A stretch of 64,000 nt of DNA from Mobula birostris (lineage: Eukaryota), in contig NC_092379.1 in the NCBI RefSeq assembly GCF_030028105.1, positions 18,432,742 to 18,496,741 on the forward strand. The letters run 5' to 3'. A program made the translations under genes and the position numbers. The notes under the pieces are model-generated. The model did no database searches, had not been told where the DNA came from, and saw only the letters and a list, made by a program, of their open reading frames with translations. Of this stretch, positions 48,211 through 61,732 are shown piece after piece (the stretch's first letter is position 1; each line of letters opens with the position of its first letter).

Positions 48211-51200
48211 AGTGTTCGAATCAAATTGCCTTCAGACAAAATTGGCATCTGAACTCCAACAGGAAGAATGAAATCATCACTGAAAGACAACTAACTGCAC
48301 ATGTTGCAAATAAGAGATAGAAACTACTGAAATTACAGGACAGGCAGTATCTGTGCATAGAAACAAACTAATATCACAAGCCTTTCACCAGAGCTGTTGA
48401 AATTAGACATTTTAAGGTTGAAAACTAAGTACAGTATCAGAAAAAAATCCACCTCACTCTAATGTCCGCTCTCCACGATGACCAAGAGACCATGGCACTG
48501 CTGCTTGATCTCCCTTAAAATTTGCTTGTCAGAACTAAACAATTCCCCTGGGGTCATGTTGGGGTTGGGGAGTTTGGAAAGAATGATGTGTATGAGAGGA
48601 TCTGGGTAGATCAGGATGACAGAGAAAAGGGGACAGAGGAGGAGAAGTTGACCTGAAATTGGAGAATTCAATATTTGGGATATCGGACTGTAGGTAACTC
48701 AAGTGGAATATGAGGTTCTATTCCACTGGCTTGCTTTTAGCCTCTCTGTTGCACTGAATGATGCCAAGACCAGATGGCTTGATGTGGCAATGGCCAGAGG
48801 AATTAAAATGGCTGCAAGTGGGAGCTATCGATGGCCATTGTGTCTGGAGTGCAGGTGTTTGTTAAAGTGGTTCCCTAGTCGCTACTTGTGTCACCTTGAG
48901 AGCAACAACGGATGAGGTGCCTGGAAATCTGAGCCTCACTGGAAAGACTGTTTCGGTGATTGAATGGTGGTGAGGAGGTATAGCGGCAGGTGTTACACCA
49001 TCATCAATTGTAGGGGAAATTCCTGTTGAAGTCGAGTTATCAACAAACCAGTGAATCACAGAGAGGGTGGTCCCCGTGGAAAGTAAGTTGGTGGGCAGGG
49101 GATGATGTAACTAATGGTGGGATCACATTGTAGCTTTTGGAAATGTCAGTGAATGAATTACTGGATGTGAAGGCTGGAGGGATGAAAGGCGAGGAAGCTC
49201 ACTCCCTATTCTGTCTGAGGGAGATGGATTCAATGTAGAATTGTTGTAAGAGGAGATGTGGGTCAGGTCTCTATCAACCACAGCATGAGAGCGCGTTGAA
49301 AGTTGCTGTTCCTTCTGAAAAGACGACATTCCAGATGTCCTGCTTTGGAAGGCCACTTCTCGAGAACAGATGCAGCAGAGACAGAGAAACTGAGAGAAAG
49401 GAATGGCATCCTTACATGAATGAATTTGAGAGCAAGTGTTGTCCTGATAGTTATGGGAGTCAGTGGTTTTGTAGTATTCTAAATGGACCAAGAAAGGGGA
49501 AGTTGGTGCCGGAAATGGTCCAAGTGAATCTGAAGTTTTTGAGGGAAATGGGCAATCAACATTTTGGATGAAGGCTCTTCACCTTAACTGGAAGTGTAGA
49601 ACAGAGATCACCAGTATAAAGAGGTGAGAGAGTGGGCTGGGACAAGAGCTAGTTATCTTTGTATCTCCTTTAGTGAAGTGAGGTCCCAGACTTCTGCAAA
49701 ATTGCTAAATGTTTTTCTTTGTATAAGGACAATCTGTTTCTCTGGATCACTTACCCATACTCTCTATTACCATTGCAAAGTCAGAGCTACAGTGCCTCAA
49801 AAAATTTTATTCACAGCAAATTATAGGTCATGAGCCTCCCATGAAATGTAGGAAAATGATGGGAGAAGATTCTCAGGGACAGGATTGACTCACTTTTGGT
49901 GAGTATGGACATATGAGGAACCATCAGCCAGGCTTTGTGCATCAGAATTCCTGCCTTATGAACAACTGAGATTTTTTTGGGAGGTGATGAAGCTGATTGA
50001 TGTTGACAGGGAAATGGATGTTGTCTACATGGGCTTTAGTAAAGGATTCAACATGGTCACTCATGCTTGACTTATCCAGAAGATTCAGACACTTGGGACC
50101 CATGGAGACATGGGAGATTAGAGTTAAAATTGTCTTAAAACAAACTGCTGGAGAAACTGAACAGGTTTGACAACACCACTGTGGGGAATGTACAGTTGAT
50201 ACTGCAGGTCAAGATCCTGCATCTGGGCTGCAAGAGTAGAGGGCAGACAGAGCAAGAGCTGGTTAGTGATACGTGAATCCAACTGAGGACTGGTACAAGG
50301 CAGGTGGAGGGAACAATAGGGTGTACATGATGAAATCTGATAGGAATGGAAGGTAAAACCAAATAAGGGAGATGGGTGGGCAGATAAGAAAGTTGGGGGG
50401 GCGGGGAGTGAACTCAGTAGCAGAAGTGTGAGAGTGATGACAATTGGAGTAGGTGCAAGAGGGGATGGACACAGTGTGATCAAGAGTTGGCAGTGGTGTC
50501 ACTGGCTGGATGAGTATAGGAGGATCTGGGTAGACCTGGAGGCCATAGAAAGGGACAGAAGTGGCTATATTAACTGAAATTTGAGAATTCAATGTTTATG
50601 CCGTTGAACTGTAGAATTTTTCTACCTAGGCATCTGTTTTATAACCTAATTCTGCATATATCCTATCTCCCTCTCTCTCTTTCTCCCTCCTTCCTTCTAT
50701 GCACGTATGATTTATCTACCTCTACAATCTTTGCATTTTCATGCTAATTAGTGTCTAACACTGCTGACTAAATGAAGTGACATGAAGCAGTTTGCAACAG
50801 CAGGACTGCAAATCCAAGTCATCTGTCTCTCACCATTTCTCCGTGTTTTATCGGCTGATTGCAATCTTGTTGAAGGATGTGTGTTTTATGGATCAGCTTT
50901 TCAGAGCTGGGAAAAACAGAAACATGGAACGATTCTGGGAGAAGACACCAGTGCTGACAGCATAAAAGGTTGAAACTATGGCTGCAGTGGAGGGTGCAGG
51001 AGACATAGAAATGGGCAAGGGATCTGAGTTGAGGATAACAGTTGTAGTAAAAAGAGAACTTGTACTTTTGCAGCATCTTACTCAATCTCAGGACACCAAC
51101 AGGACTTCATAGTCAAACACAGTTTTCTTTCTGAAGTCTCTTGCAGGATCAGAACAAGAAGGAATGACACTTTTCCCTCCCTGAATGGCAGAGTGGACCT

Positions 51201-53199
51201 GATAGATTATAACAATTCAGTGGTTTCACATCATCATTTTCCACAATTTATGGCATTTGAATTCCAGGTTACTTTAATGTACCAAAGCTAATTGTCCCCA
51301 GGTATGGTGGGTTTTTAAGCTGTTTCTGTAGATCACTTACCCGCACTCTCAATTACTGTTGCAAAGTCAAAACTACAAAGCATTAAAAAATTTTATTCAC
51401 AGCAAATTCAAACTAACTGGAAAAACATCCAACAGTGAACTGTTATTTGCAGCCTAACGAACAAAGCCACCCACTGGTGAGGGGTTAACATACACACACT
51501 GAAGGATCAGTCCAGGTACACTGTGAAAGTCTGCAGTACCCTAGCAAGTTGCACAGAATCCCCTCACTTGACCTGATGGAGAGTATCCTGAGGAGGAAGC
51601 CCAAGAAATTCAAATCTCTCAGGGAATGGAGGCACACAACCTGTTTGTAATCCTGACAAATCATTAAGCAACACACACAAAATGCTGGAGAAACTCAACA
51701 GGTCACGCCCATTGATGCTGCCAGGTACTCACTACTCTCAGTGTAAAGTTAACCCTCAGATCTCTTATTAATCTCTGCCCTCTTATCTTCTATTAGTACC
51801 CTCCCAAGTTGGACTCCCAACCCTGAGGAAAAGCCTATGACCATCCACCATTCCGTACCCCTCATGATTTTACAAACTTCTGAGGTTGTCCCACATTCTC
51901 CTGTGCTCCAGATAATAATGAACCAGTATGGCTTACCTTGCCCTATAACTCAGGCCCTCTAGTCCAGGCAGCATCCTTGTACATCTCTTCTGTACCATTT
52001 CCAGCCTGACAATGCCTTTCCTATATCAGAGTAACCAAAACCGTACACAATACTCTAAGTGTGACCTCAACAAATAACGTAACTGCCACATAATCTCCCC
52101 ACTCCTGAACTCCATGCCCTGACTGGTGAAGGCCAGCATGCTAAACACATTCTTCACCACCCACCCTGTCATCTCCTCACAAACTCCATCAGCACAGTTG
52201 CACCACAAGGCTGTGTGCTTAGCCCTCTGCTCTACTCGCTTTATACTCAGCATAACTTCAATGCCATATTTAAGTTTGCTGATGACTCCACTGTCGTAGA
52301 CTGAATCAAGTGTGGTGATAAATCAGCATATAGGGGAGAGATTGAAAATCTGGCTGAGTGGTGCAACAACCACCACCTATCACTCCATGTCAACAAAGTC
52401 AAGGAGAGTATTTGCATTCAGGAGGAGGAAACCAGAAGTCCAAGAGTCCTCATCAGGGGATCAGAGGTGGAGAAGTTCAGCAATTTTAAATTCCTCAGTG
52501 TCAGTGTCATTATGAAGGCGGCATGGCAGCGTCTCCACTTTCTTAGCAGTTTGCAAAGATTTGTCATTTCATTGAAAATGTTGACAAATTTCTATAGATG
52601 TGTGGTGGAGAGTATATTGACTGGTTGCATTATAGCCTAGTATGAAAACACCAATCCCCTTGAATGGAAAAGCCCAGTCCATTATGGGTAAAGCCCTCCC
52701 TACCATTGAGCACATATACAAGGAGTGCTGTCGCAGGAAAGCAGCCTCCATCATTGAGGACCAATACACCCAGACGATGTTCTCTCCTCAGAAAAGAGGT
52801 GCAGGAATCTCAGGATCCGCACCACCAGGTTCAGGAATAGTTATTAACACTCAACCATCAGACTCTTGAATCAGCGAGGATATCTTCACTTAACTTCTCT
52901 TGCCCCATCACTGAACTGTTCCCTAAACTTTGGCCTGACTTTCAAGGACTCTTAATGTTCTCAATACTTATTGCTTATTCATTATTATATTTTTTATTAT
53001 TTTTTTTCCTTTCAGTATTTGCACACTTGTTGTCTTTTGCACATTGGTTGTTCGTCTGTCCTGTTGGATGCAGTCTTTCATGGATTATGTTTTGTTTCTT
53101 GTACTTACAGTGATTACCTGCAAGAAAATGAATCTCTGGTTGCTAATTCTGACATGTCTGTACTTTGATAATAAATTTACTTTGTACTTTGAACTTGTG

Positions 53200-56100
53200 T
53201 GGCTGATTTCAGTGAACTGTGTACTTGGACTTGCAGGTCCCTTTTCCACAATACTCATCAGCGCCCTGTATGTCCTTCCCTGTTTGACCGTCAAAAAATG
53301 CATTACCTCACTTTGCAATTCCTTAGCCCGTCTCCCTAACAGATCAGGATCTTTTTGCAAATCAAAGTAATTTGCTTCACTATCAACAAGACCCCTTCAT
53401 TTAGTATCATCAGCAAACTTAAACTGTGCCTTATATATATTCACATTCCAAATAATTTACACCAATCATGAATAACAGAGGTCACAACACTGACTAATCA
53501 CTATCCTCCAGTCAGAGAATCGATCTTCAACCACCACCCTTTGCTTCCTCTCATCATTAAGTACACAGGTGATCATGATGGTCTCTCAAAAGACAGTCTC
53601 CCCATAGTCAACCTTTTACTGTTAAGGTAGCTGCAGAACCTCTGTCTGAAACTTGCCTGCCAGGTCTATCACCTACCCTCTTTTTGTCCTCCTGCTTTCC
53701 CTCTTAAGCCTGGTCTTAAAATTTTTATATTCATCAAAGGATTCATTCACACCCAGCTGCCTAAACACATTGTACAGTTCCTTCTTTTCTTTATCATAGT
53801 CTTGGTATCTTTTGCCAGCCAGGTTTTCCTGAACTGGGTGTGTCTACCATTCACACTAACAGAAACATGCTGCCCCCTGGACTCTCGATATCATTTTAAA
53901 ATCTCCCACTTGCCAAATATTTCTTTATCTTTATCTTGTCAGCCTTGGTGCAGTTAAGGACTTTACTATTTGGACCTAGCCAATAAAAAAATGATAAATC
54001 CTATGGTTCTTTCTTTCTTTTCGATTACTATTTTAAAATTGGAATTCTAGAACTGTGGTCACTAGACTCCCCAACTTATACTTCAGTTACCCCACCTTTT
54101 GCCGAAGAGAAGGTTCAGTGGTACTCCTTCCCAAATACGGTCCTCTATATAAGGTATAAGGGAACTGTCTTGGACACTCCACACAAATTCTTTCCTCATC
54201 CAGGCCCTTTGCACTCGGGGTGACCCAGGTGACACCAGGAAATGTGATATTTCCTTTGAGCACTTCTCTACTATTCTCACAATTTCTCCATATGCCTGCT
54301 CCTCCAGTTCCCACTGACTACTGGGGAATCTGTAATTAGCCAGACCAGGGTGACTATCCTCTTCTTATTTCTAAGTTCTACCCAAATGCCCTTGCAAGAT
54401 GACCCCTCAAGAATGTCCTAAGCACTGCTGTTATGTCCTCTGTTTTCAAAGGACAATATCCTCTCCAGTCTTATCTGTCCTCTTGCCCTGTATCAGTATC
54501 CCTGAACACTGAGCTGCCCTTCTCTCAGCCACATTTCTGTTATGGTCACAATATTCCAGTTACTAGAAGCAATCAACACTCCTCTCATTTCATCCATCCT
54601 ACCTGTTAAGATAAGTGTAGGTGTAACCCTCAGGCTCAGCCAGCATGTGTTCATCCAGGGGAAGACAGCTTCTGGCCCTGCCAAACTAAGAAATCTCATT
54701 TGTGTGGATGTTGTGTGATGTGTCGCCCAGTTACAGATCCACACCGCAAAATTTCAGATAGTACATCATATGCAATTAAATGATTTAACTTTATAAATCT
54801 TAATCTGAATACAGGGTTAGTATAGAAAATAAAAAGAAAAAAGGTCCATTTTAAGGAAAAAGTCAAAAGTACACGTTGGAGCTCACTGAACCATTGACCT
54901 CCTCTGGGCGTCGCTGACCTTCGGACCCCCCGCTCCCAGTCCACTCCATCCAGCGGTCTACCAGCTTTCTCCACACGTATCTTCCTTCTTCCTCACTCAC
55001 CGACAAGAGACCGCAAAAATCCCTCTTCCAGACCCACCAGAAAGAACAACATTCCTCTCATTGGATAGCCCCACATTCCAAAGCCCTGTTATCTCCAGTC
55101 ATAACCCAAACATTGCTGCTACAGAGAAACCAGTAGATTAGCAGTGAAACATTACAGAGAGGCCATTATGTTAGCAGTGAAACCTTATAGCGTGTTACAT
55201 ATGGAACTAGATTCGGGCAGGTGGGACTCATCAACCCCGGGACGGCAGCCCACCTAGGAGAAGGAAAACTGATTTTAAACCCCTGCTACCTTGTGGCCGT
55301 ACCCACCCATGGGTAAGGCTTCGGAACTAAATCCTGAGGAAGAAATCTGGAGCAGGGGACCCGAAGGCAGCTTGATGTTGTTTACAACTTCACTCTGGCA
55401 ACCTCTGCGACAACACTGGTGCCAAGCTGTATCAGCGCTTGCCCTTCCATAAGATATAGGAGCAGAACTAGGCCATTCAGCCCATCAAGTCTACTCCACC
55501 ATTCAATCATGGGCTGATCCAATTCTTATAGTCATCCCCACTCCCCTGTCTTCACCCCATACCCTTTGATGCCCTGGCTAATCGAGAACCTATCTATCTC
55601 TGCCTTAAGACTCAGCCTCCACAGCTGCTTGTGGCAACAAATTCCACAGATTTACCACATTCTGACTAAAGTAATTTCTCTGCACCTCAGTTCTAAAAGG
55701 ACGTCCTTCAATTTTGAAGTCGTGCCCTTTTGTTCTAGAATCCCCTACCATGGGAAATAACTTTTCCATATCTAATCTGTTCAGGCTTTTCAACATTCGG
55801 AATATTTCTATCAGATTCCCCCTCATTCTCCTGAACTCCAGGTAATACAGCCCACGAGCTGCCAGACATTCCTCATATGGTAACCCTTTCATTCCTGGAA
55901 TCAGTTTCATGAATCTTCTCTGAGTCCTCTCCAATGTCAGTATACCTTTTCTTAAATAAGGAGCTCCGGAGGGGAAGGCCCCAAATCCTCGGCTTTGCCT
56001 ATTGCTTGTTGCCGGGGCCGGGGTCGAAGCGCTCGGCAGAGATGGTGCTCAGTGTTGGAGGCTCGAAGTTTTCAGACGGACTCAAGAGTCGGCTGTGGTC

Positions 56101-56500
56101 AGGTACTTCCAGGGTGCTGCATCGGCAAGTTTGCGGCGCTGGAGGTTCAGGGCAGGAAGAGTTTTTTTCCTCTTCCTTCTACCGCCTGCGTGAGATGATG
56201 GGACTTTCGAGAGACTGAGACTTTTTTTTTTTTTTTTACCATGCCCATGGTCTGTTCTTAATCAAATTACGGTATTGCTTTGCACTGTTGTAACCATATA
56301 TTATAATTATGTGGTTTTTGTCAGTTTTTCAGTTGGTTTGTCTTGTGTTTCTGTGAAATCATTCTGGGGGAACATTGTATCATTTCTTAATGCATGCATT
56401 ACTAAATGACAATAAAAGAGGACTACGTGTCCTCATAATCTAATCTAAAAATTGAACACAATACTCCAAGTGTGGTCTCACGAGTGCCTTACAGAGCCTC
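53200..56500 (-). mobile_element. Mosaic of decayed CR1-type LINE fragments with nested insertions
   Basis: NWNIVTITEMWLREG; MERTQRRFMKLIPGMKGLPYEE..EFRRMRGNLIE; KFADDT-like fragment near 53410. Confidence 0.75.
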
Positions 56501-59500
56501 AATATCACATATCTGCTCTTGTATTCCCTTGGACTACATCAGTGATGTGGAGAGGGGGACTTGCTACATGGGCAACAGCTGGTTCTTCAAATCTTCCCAC
56601 CCAGGCCCTGGAGAGGACACAGTCCATCAGAGGTGTGAATCCATGATCCCCTGGGATCAACAGCTACCTAATATGGAACTAGATATAATGTATATCAGGG
56701 GTCTTATCTGCCACTTCATGGTAAACATGCCTATCCTGATTGCTGGGCGAACACGCTTTGGTTGCTGAATATACCCCTGCCTTATCACTGACTTCACTCT
56801 CTTATGTCCCACACACCTGCCAATCTAGTTTAAACCCTCACTTGTTGTCACCATATACTACCCCAAGATTCATTTTCTTGAGGCATTCAGAGTAAATACA
56901 AAGAGAGACAATCATATCAATGAAAAACCACACACATGCCAGACAAGCAACCGATGAACAAAATACAGCAAATTACAAATAATCTTCTTCTTGTGCCTTG
57001 CGCGTTACACGCTTGGGCAATCATGGCACTCCACATCGAATGATCCCTCGCAGCGTCAATGATACCTCGCACACTTAGATCTGTTAGTTCTTTCAGTGTC
57101 CACATATTTTCTTTGCCTTCCTCTTCCGCATTTCCCAGGCATACAGCTTTGTAATGTAAAGCATTCTATTTCTCCCTTTCTGATGACATGGTCCAGGAAT
57201 TTAAGTTTCCTCGCATTTAACGTTCTCATTAAAGATCTTTTTTTATGCGTACATTAGAGTACTAAATAAAAAAACAGAAATAATAACAATAACTATAAAT
57301 AAATAAGCAAAAATATCAAGAACTTGAGATGAAGAGCCCTTGAAACTAAGAGCATAGGTTGTAGGAACAGTTCAGTGTTGGGGTGAGTGAAGTTATCTCA
57401 TCTGGTTCAGGAGCCTGATGGGTGAGAATTAATAACTGTTCCAGGACTTAGTGGTGTGGGTCTTGAGTGTCCTGTACCTCCTCCATGAAGAGAACATGAC
57501 TGGTATGGAGCAGGTCCTTGATGTTGGAGCTGCTTTCCTGAGACAGCACTCTTGTAGACGTGCTCAATGGTGAGGAGGGCTTTACCCACAATGGACCACG
57601 TTGTTTCTACTACTTTTTGCAGGCTTTTATGTTCAAAGGTATGTGTTCCCAAAATAGGCCATGATGCAGCCAGTCAGTATTGTGTCCACAGCACAGCTAT
57701 AGAAGTCTGACAATGTTTTAAGATGACACTGAATTTTCACAGACTTCTCAGTCTTTTCAGTATCCTGTCCTGATGCCCAGTATGCCTGCATGCTCACCCT
57801 CTGAGCCTAAGAGCCAGAGACCTGACCAGTTCTGCTAGCCCTTAAAAGAACATCCCCCTCGACAGTATCCAAAGACATGTACCTATTAGTCAGGGGAATG
57901 GGTACAGGGGACCTTTGCATTGATTGCCTTCTCCTCTTCCTTCCCCATCTATCTGAAGTGTGTACTTTAGCTGTGTCCATATCAGTAACAGTCTCATCTC
58001 TGAACCCCTCAGCTTCCCTAATGATACCAAATACCTGCAGGTCCAACCCCAGTTCCTTGACCTAGTATGCAAGGATGAACTGCCTACAAATGTAGACCAT
58101 GAGGCTCCCTGAATTCCCACGTCTGGTAGGAGGAGGATTTCACTATCCTGCATTGACTGAAAAACGAAATAAAACTTTACCTGTGCCTTCTCAGTGAAGC
58201 CTTTTTAGAAATCTATTTTCATTCCCCAAATCTGAACCACTTACTCCACCCCTTCATCACAAAACCTCTTGAGTCAAAGCCTCTGCTCTCTTCCAGTCCA
58301 CTGACTCACTGTCACAATGGCCATTCTGCTTGACCCAAACTTCTTGTATTGGCTGCTGTTAATTAGCTCATAACTAATCAACTATTAACTCACAAATTGT
58401 AAACGTTGCACTTTTGGAGCCATTTAAATGAAGCTCACCAGCAAGCCTTGGGACCAACCTCCTTTGGACTCTCAGGCTTCCTGCGCCAAGTCCCAGCTTC
58501 TGGTAAGTGAAAATCATCCAATTCCTTTCTGCAATTCATCATGAATGATAACTGAGTGCTCCTCTGTGATCTGTATACCCATGGAGACCAGGTTTGCATG
58601 AATACTAGAGATGAATTGTAGGACAGACTCATTGAGTTTGAGGAAGTTTGAAAACATAAAGAATGTAAGAGTGAATAACAGAAAACAGTCAGACATTATC
58701 ACATTTTCTGCATTGAATTAACAGAAATTAACAGATGCAAAAGAAAACAAGATGAATTATACATCAAAACACAGTGAGAGAGATGTTGGGATTGGGCAGG
58801 GACAGTTGATGTACTTCCCTGGTGTTAGCTTTCCACCAAGAGTCTGAAATGGATGGATGCTGTGCTGGGAACACATGTATGTCCACAGTGCTTGGTTGTG
58901 GTGAAATGATTGTGAGCCGCCTTGGCCAGAGGTTTAGGATGCTCATTCACAGGTGTTTATAGTTACATCAGAAATCATGTAATCTCCATTTAATGTCTGG
59001 CTACCCACCATGCAATCAAAGTCCTGTCTTCAGCTTTAACCAACTCTTTATACTCCACACTAGTCCACCAGTCATACAATGACCTCTCTCAGTTCCACCC
59101 ACCATGTCTGATTTCTTATCTATACATCAAGCAATCAGAACCTCCCCCAATACCACTCTCCAGAGTCCTTCCTGCACCACACCTACTATCTGGTGCCCCA
59201 CTCACACTTCACCCACCATCCAGTCCTAACCTGCACACCACACAGACATTGACACAATCACAATCACCATCAAGACTTTCACTCTCATCAATGTGACCAA
59301 TGTCCCACCATTCATTCCAGCAGACCATGGCCCTATCTACACATCACAGTGTCAAAAGCCAGTCAGCCAGAGCCCAATGCCCATCCCAGTGACACACACA
59401 GAATACAGACATAACCAGTCTAATGTCAATTCCACCATTAAACCAGATTCAATCCTCCCTTTCTACTTCCTGAAAGGATTCCATTACATTCTGTTTCCCT

Positions 59501-60948
59501 GGGTCCACTGTATTTGATCTGATGGTACCTTCATATCACTGTTTACAAGATGACCTTCTTTTCTCTAAAACATGGTTTCTCCTCCACTATAGTTGGCCAA
59601 ACTCTCAACCATGTCTTTTCCACTTACAGCACTCCAACTCTCACTCCATTATCACCTCCCACTCATCAGCAGGTCCTCAAGCGCCCACAATTCATTAATT
59701 ATTCTCTGTCATTTCCACCACCTCCCAGGTCATATCATAGAAAGATAAATCTTCCCTCCCCTTCCATGAAACAATCGATCAAGATTATTTCCTCCACAGC
59801 TGCTCAATTCACTGTTCAGCACTGATAAGCTGTTACTGTGTAATATTTGCTGTCCTTCTCACAAATGTAGGAGATCAAACAACTTCCTTTTTAACTTGTT
59901 CCCATCTCAACTCCCAGAGATGCAAAGGCTCCTTTTAGCTGAGACAGTGTTTCATTTGCACATTTCTGAATTACTGTAGTTGATTCCCTGCTCAAGATGT
60001 GGCTTCCTCTACACCCGGGAAACCAGAAACCCAGTAACAACTTTCAAAAATTCTTCATTCAGACACATTCCACTTTGTTCTGACATGCATTCAACACCCC
60101 ACTCTCATCATCCTTACTATGACAACTCAAGATGAAGCTTGAGGAAAGGCATATCTTCCACCTTGGCAGATTACAGCCCCTGGCTCTGAGAGATGTCAAG
60201 ACAGTCTCAGATAACCAACCATTCCAGTTTGTGACAGAACCGGCCAGGTCCAATGAAGAACATTCACCAACCTATAATATAAATTCTCTATCTCCACAGA
60301 TGCTGCCCAACCTACCCTTTTCACTCCTATCACCCTTTTCTATGCCCGGCCATGCTCTGGACATTGGCTATTTCACACACCACCACTCCCATCATGTGCT
60401 CTATGACCTGCTCATCCAGCTCAAATTGCTCATACACCCTCTATGCCTGCACCATATTCGTCCACCCACAAACACTGCTCAAACCACTAAGTTTATCCAG
60501 CAGACTACTTGTTGCCCCAGATTCCAGCATCTGCAGTATCCCGTGTCTCCTGCTCACCCTCATGTTGATTCCTTGTTTCTTATTTGTGTTCAGCTGATAG
60601 TCTGTGTTCGAGTGAACAGTTAGTTGTTGATGGACTGTAGTGTAGACCATGATCTCTCTTTGGGGGCTTTGCTTTTGTTTGTATGGTGGGTGGTGGGAAT
60701 GCTGACGCTTTATGCTGGAATAAAAGGGGGGGGTGGGGTGGGAGGGTTGATGCTGCTTATGCGTGGGAGGGGCAAGGAACTTTGGGGCTCATGCTTTTTT
60801 TTGTCATTCATTCTTCGGGGGATTCTTCTGTTTCGAGGATGTCTGCAGAGAGTAAGAATTTCAGGTTATACGTTGTATATTTTGTGGTCAGGGGAAAAAT
60901 ACACACGCAGGACAACAAATACTTTTCCGGGTCTTAAATTCCTTTATC

Positions 60949-61693
60949 TGTTTTAGATGTTTTATTGCAGAAAGAGGGTATCAAAATAAAAACGACAAAA
61001 TAAATTGAAAGTGTCCGCTATTACAAACTCAGTTTAACTTCAGACCACACCCTTGTAACGTATGCAGTATGAAAATAGCTAAAAAATATCCTAAACCAAT
61101 ACAGTAGAGACAAATCTAAAAAAAAATACAATGTTAGAATCCCACCAAGCCTGTACCTTATGCACAACATCAAAAATATGAATAAATACATCTCATCTCA
61201 ACTAAGAGATATACTTACATTTGGAACACACGTGCTTAACTTCCAAACACATATAGGCTAGAACGTGAATTGAATTTTCCTTGCTCATGCTACATGAACA
61301 GAGATTAACACATTCACATTACTCCATTACATTCACATTTGGTCATGAAACAATAAAGAAAAACAAATAAACTTTTACTAGATATTGCCTTGTAATTGAA
61401 TTACTAAAAAAAAATAACCTGGTAGGCCAGTTAAGGAACTTAGCAATCACACTATCCAGCACTGACCAATTTACTCACTACATTTGTTACTCACGAAAAT
61501 TTTTCCTCATCAAACCTGGGAAAAGCATTCAAACGTCGTCCTTTCTAGAACATGGCAACTCTTCGTTCTACTCCACCCATGCAAAATGACACCACCGTTT
61601 TCTGCATTGGCAGCTATTTGAGCATAACCAAGCTGAAAATATAAGTGCACTTTAACAATTAAAAGATGCATATTCAACCACTACCTGGTTACA
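60949..61693 (-). mobile_element. Probable 3' LTR of the Gypsy element
   Basis: Begins TGTAACC at 61693 immediately after purine-rich gcaggggacaa, downstream of the pol stop; AATAAA near the CA end at ~60949. The left boundary is approximate. Confidence 0.55.
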
Positions 61694-61732
61694 TTGTCCC
61701 CTGCACACGAGTAAGCGTCCTCGATTACTCAT

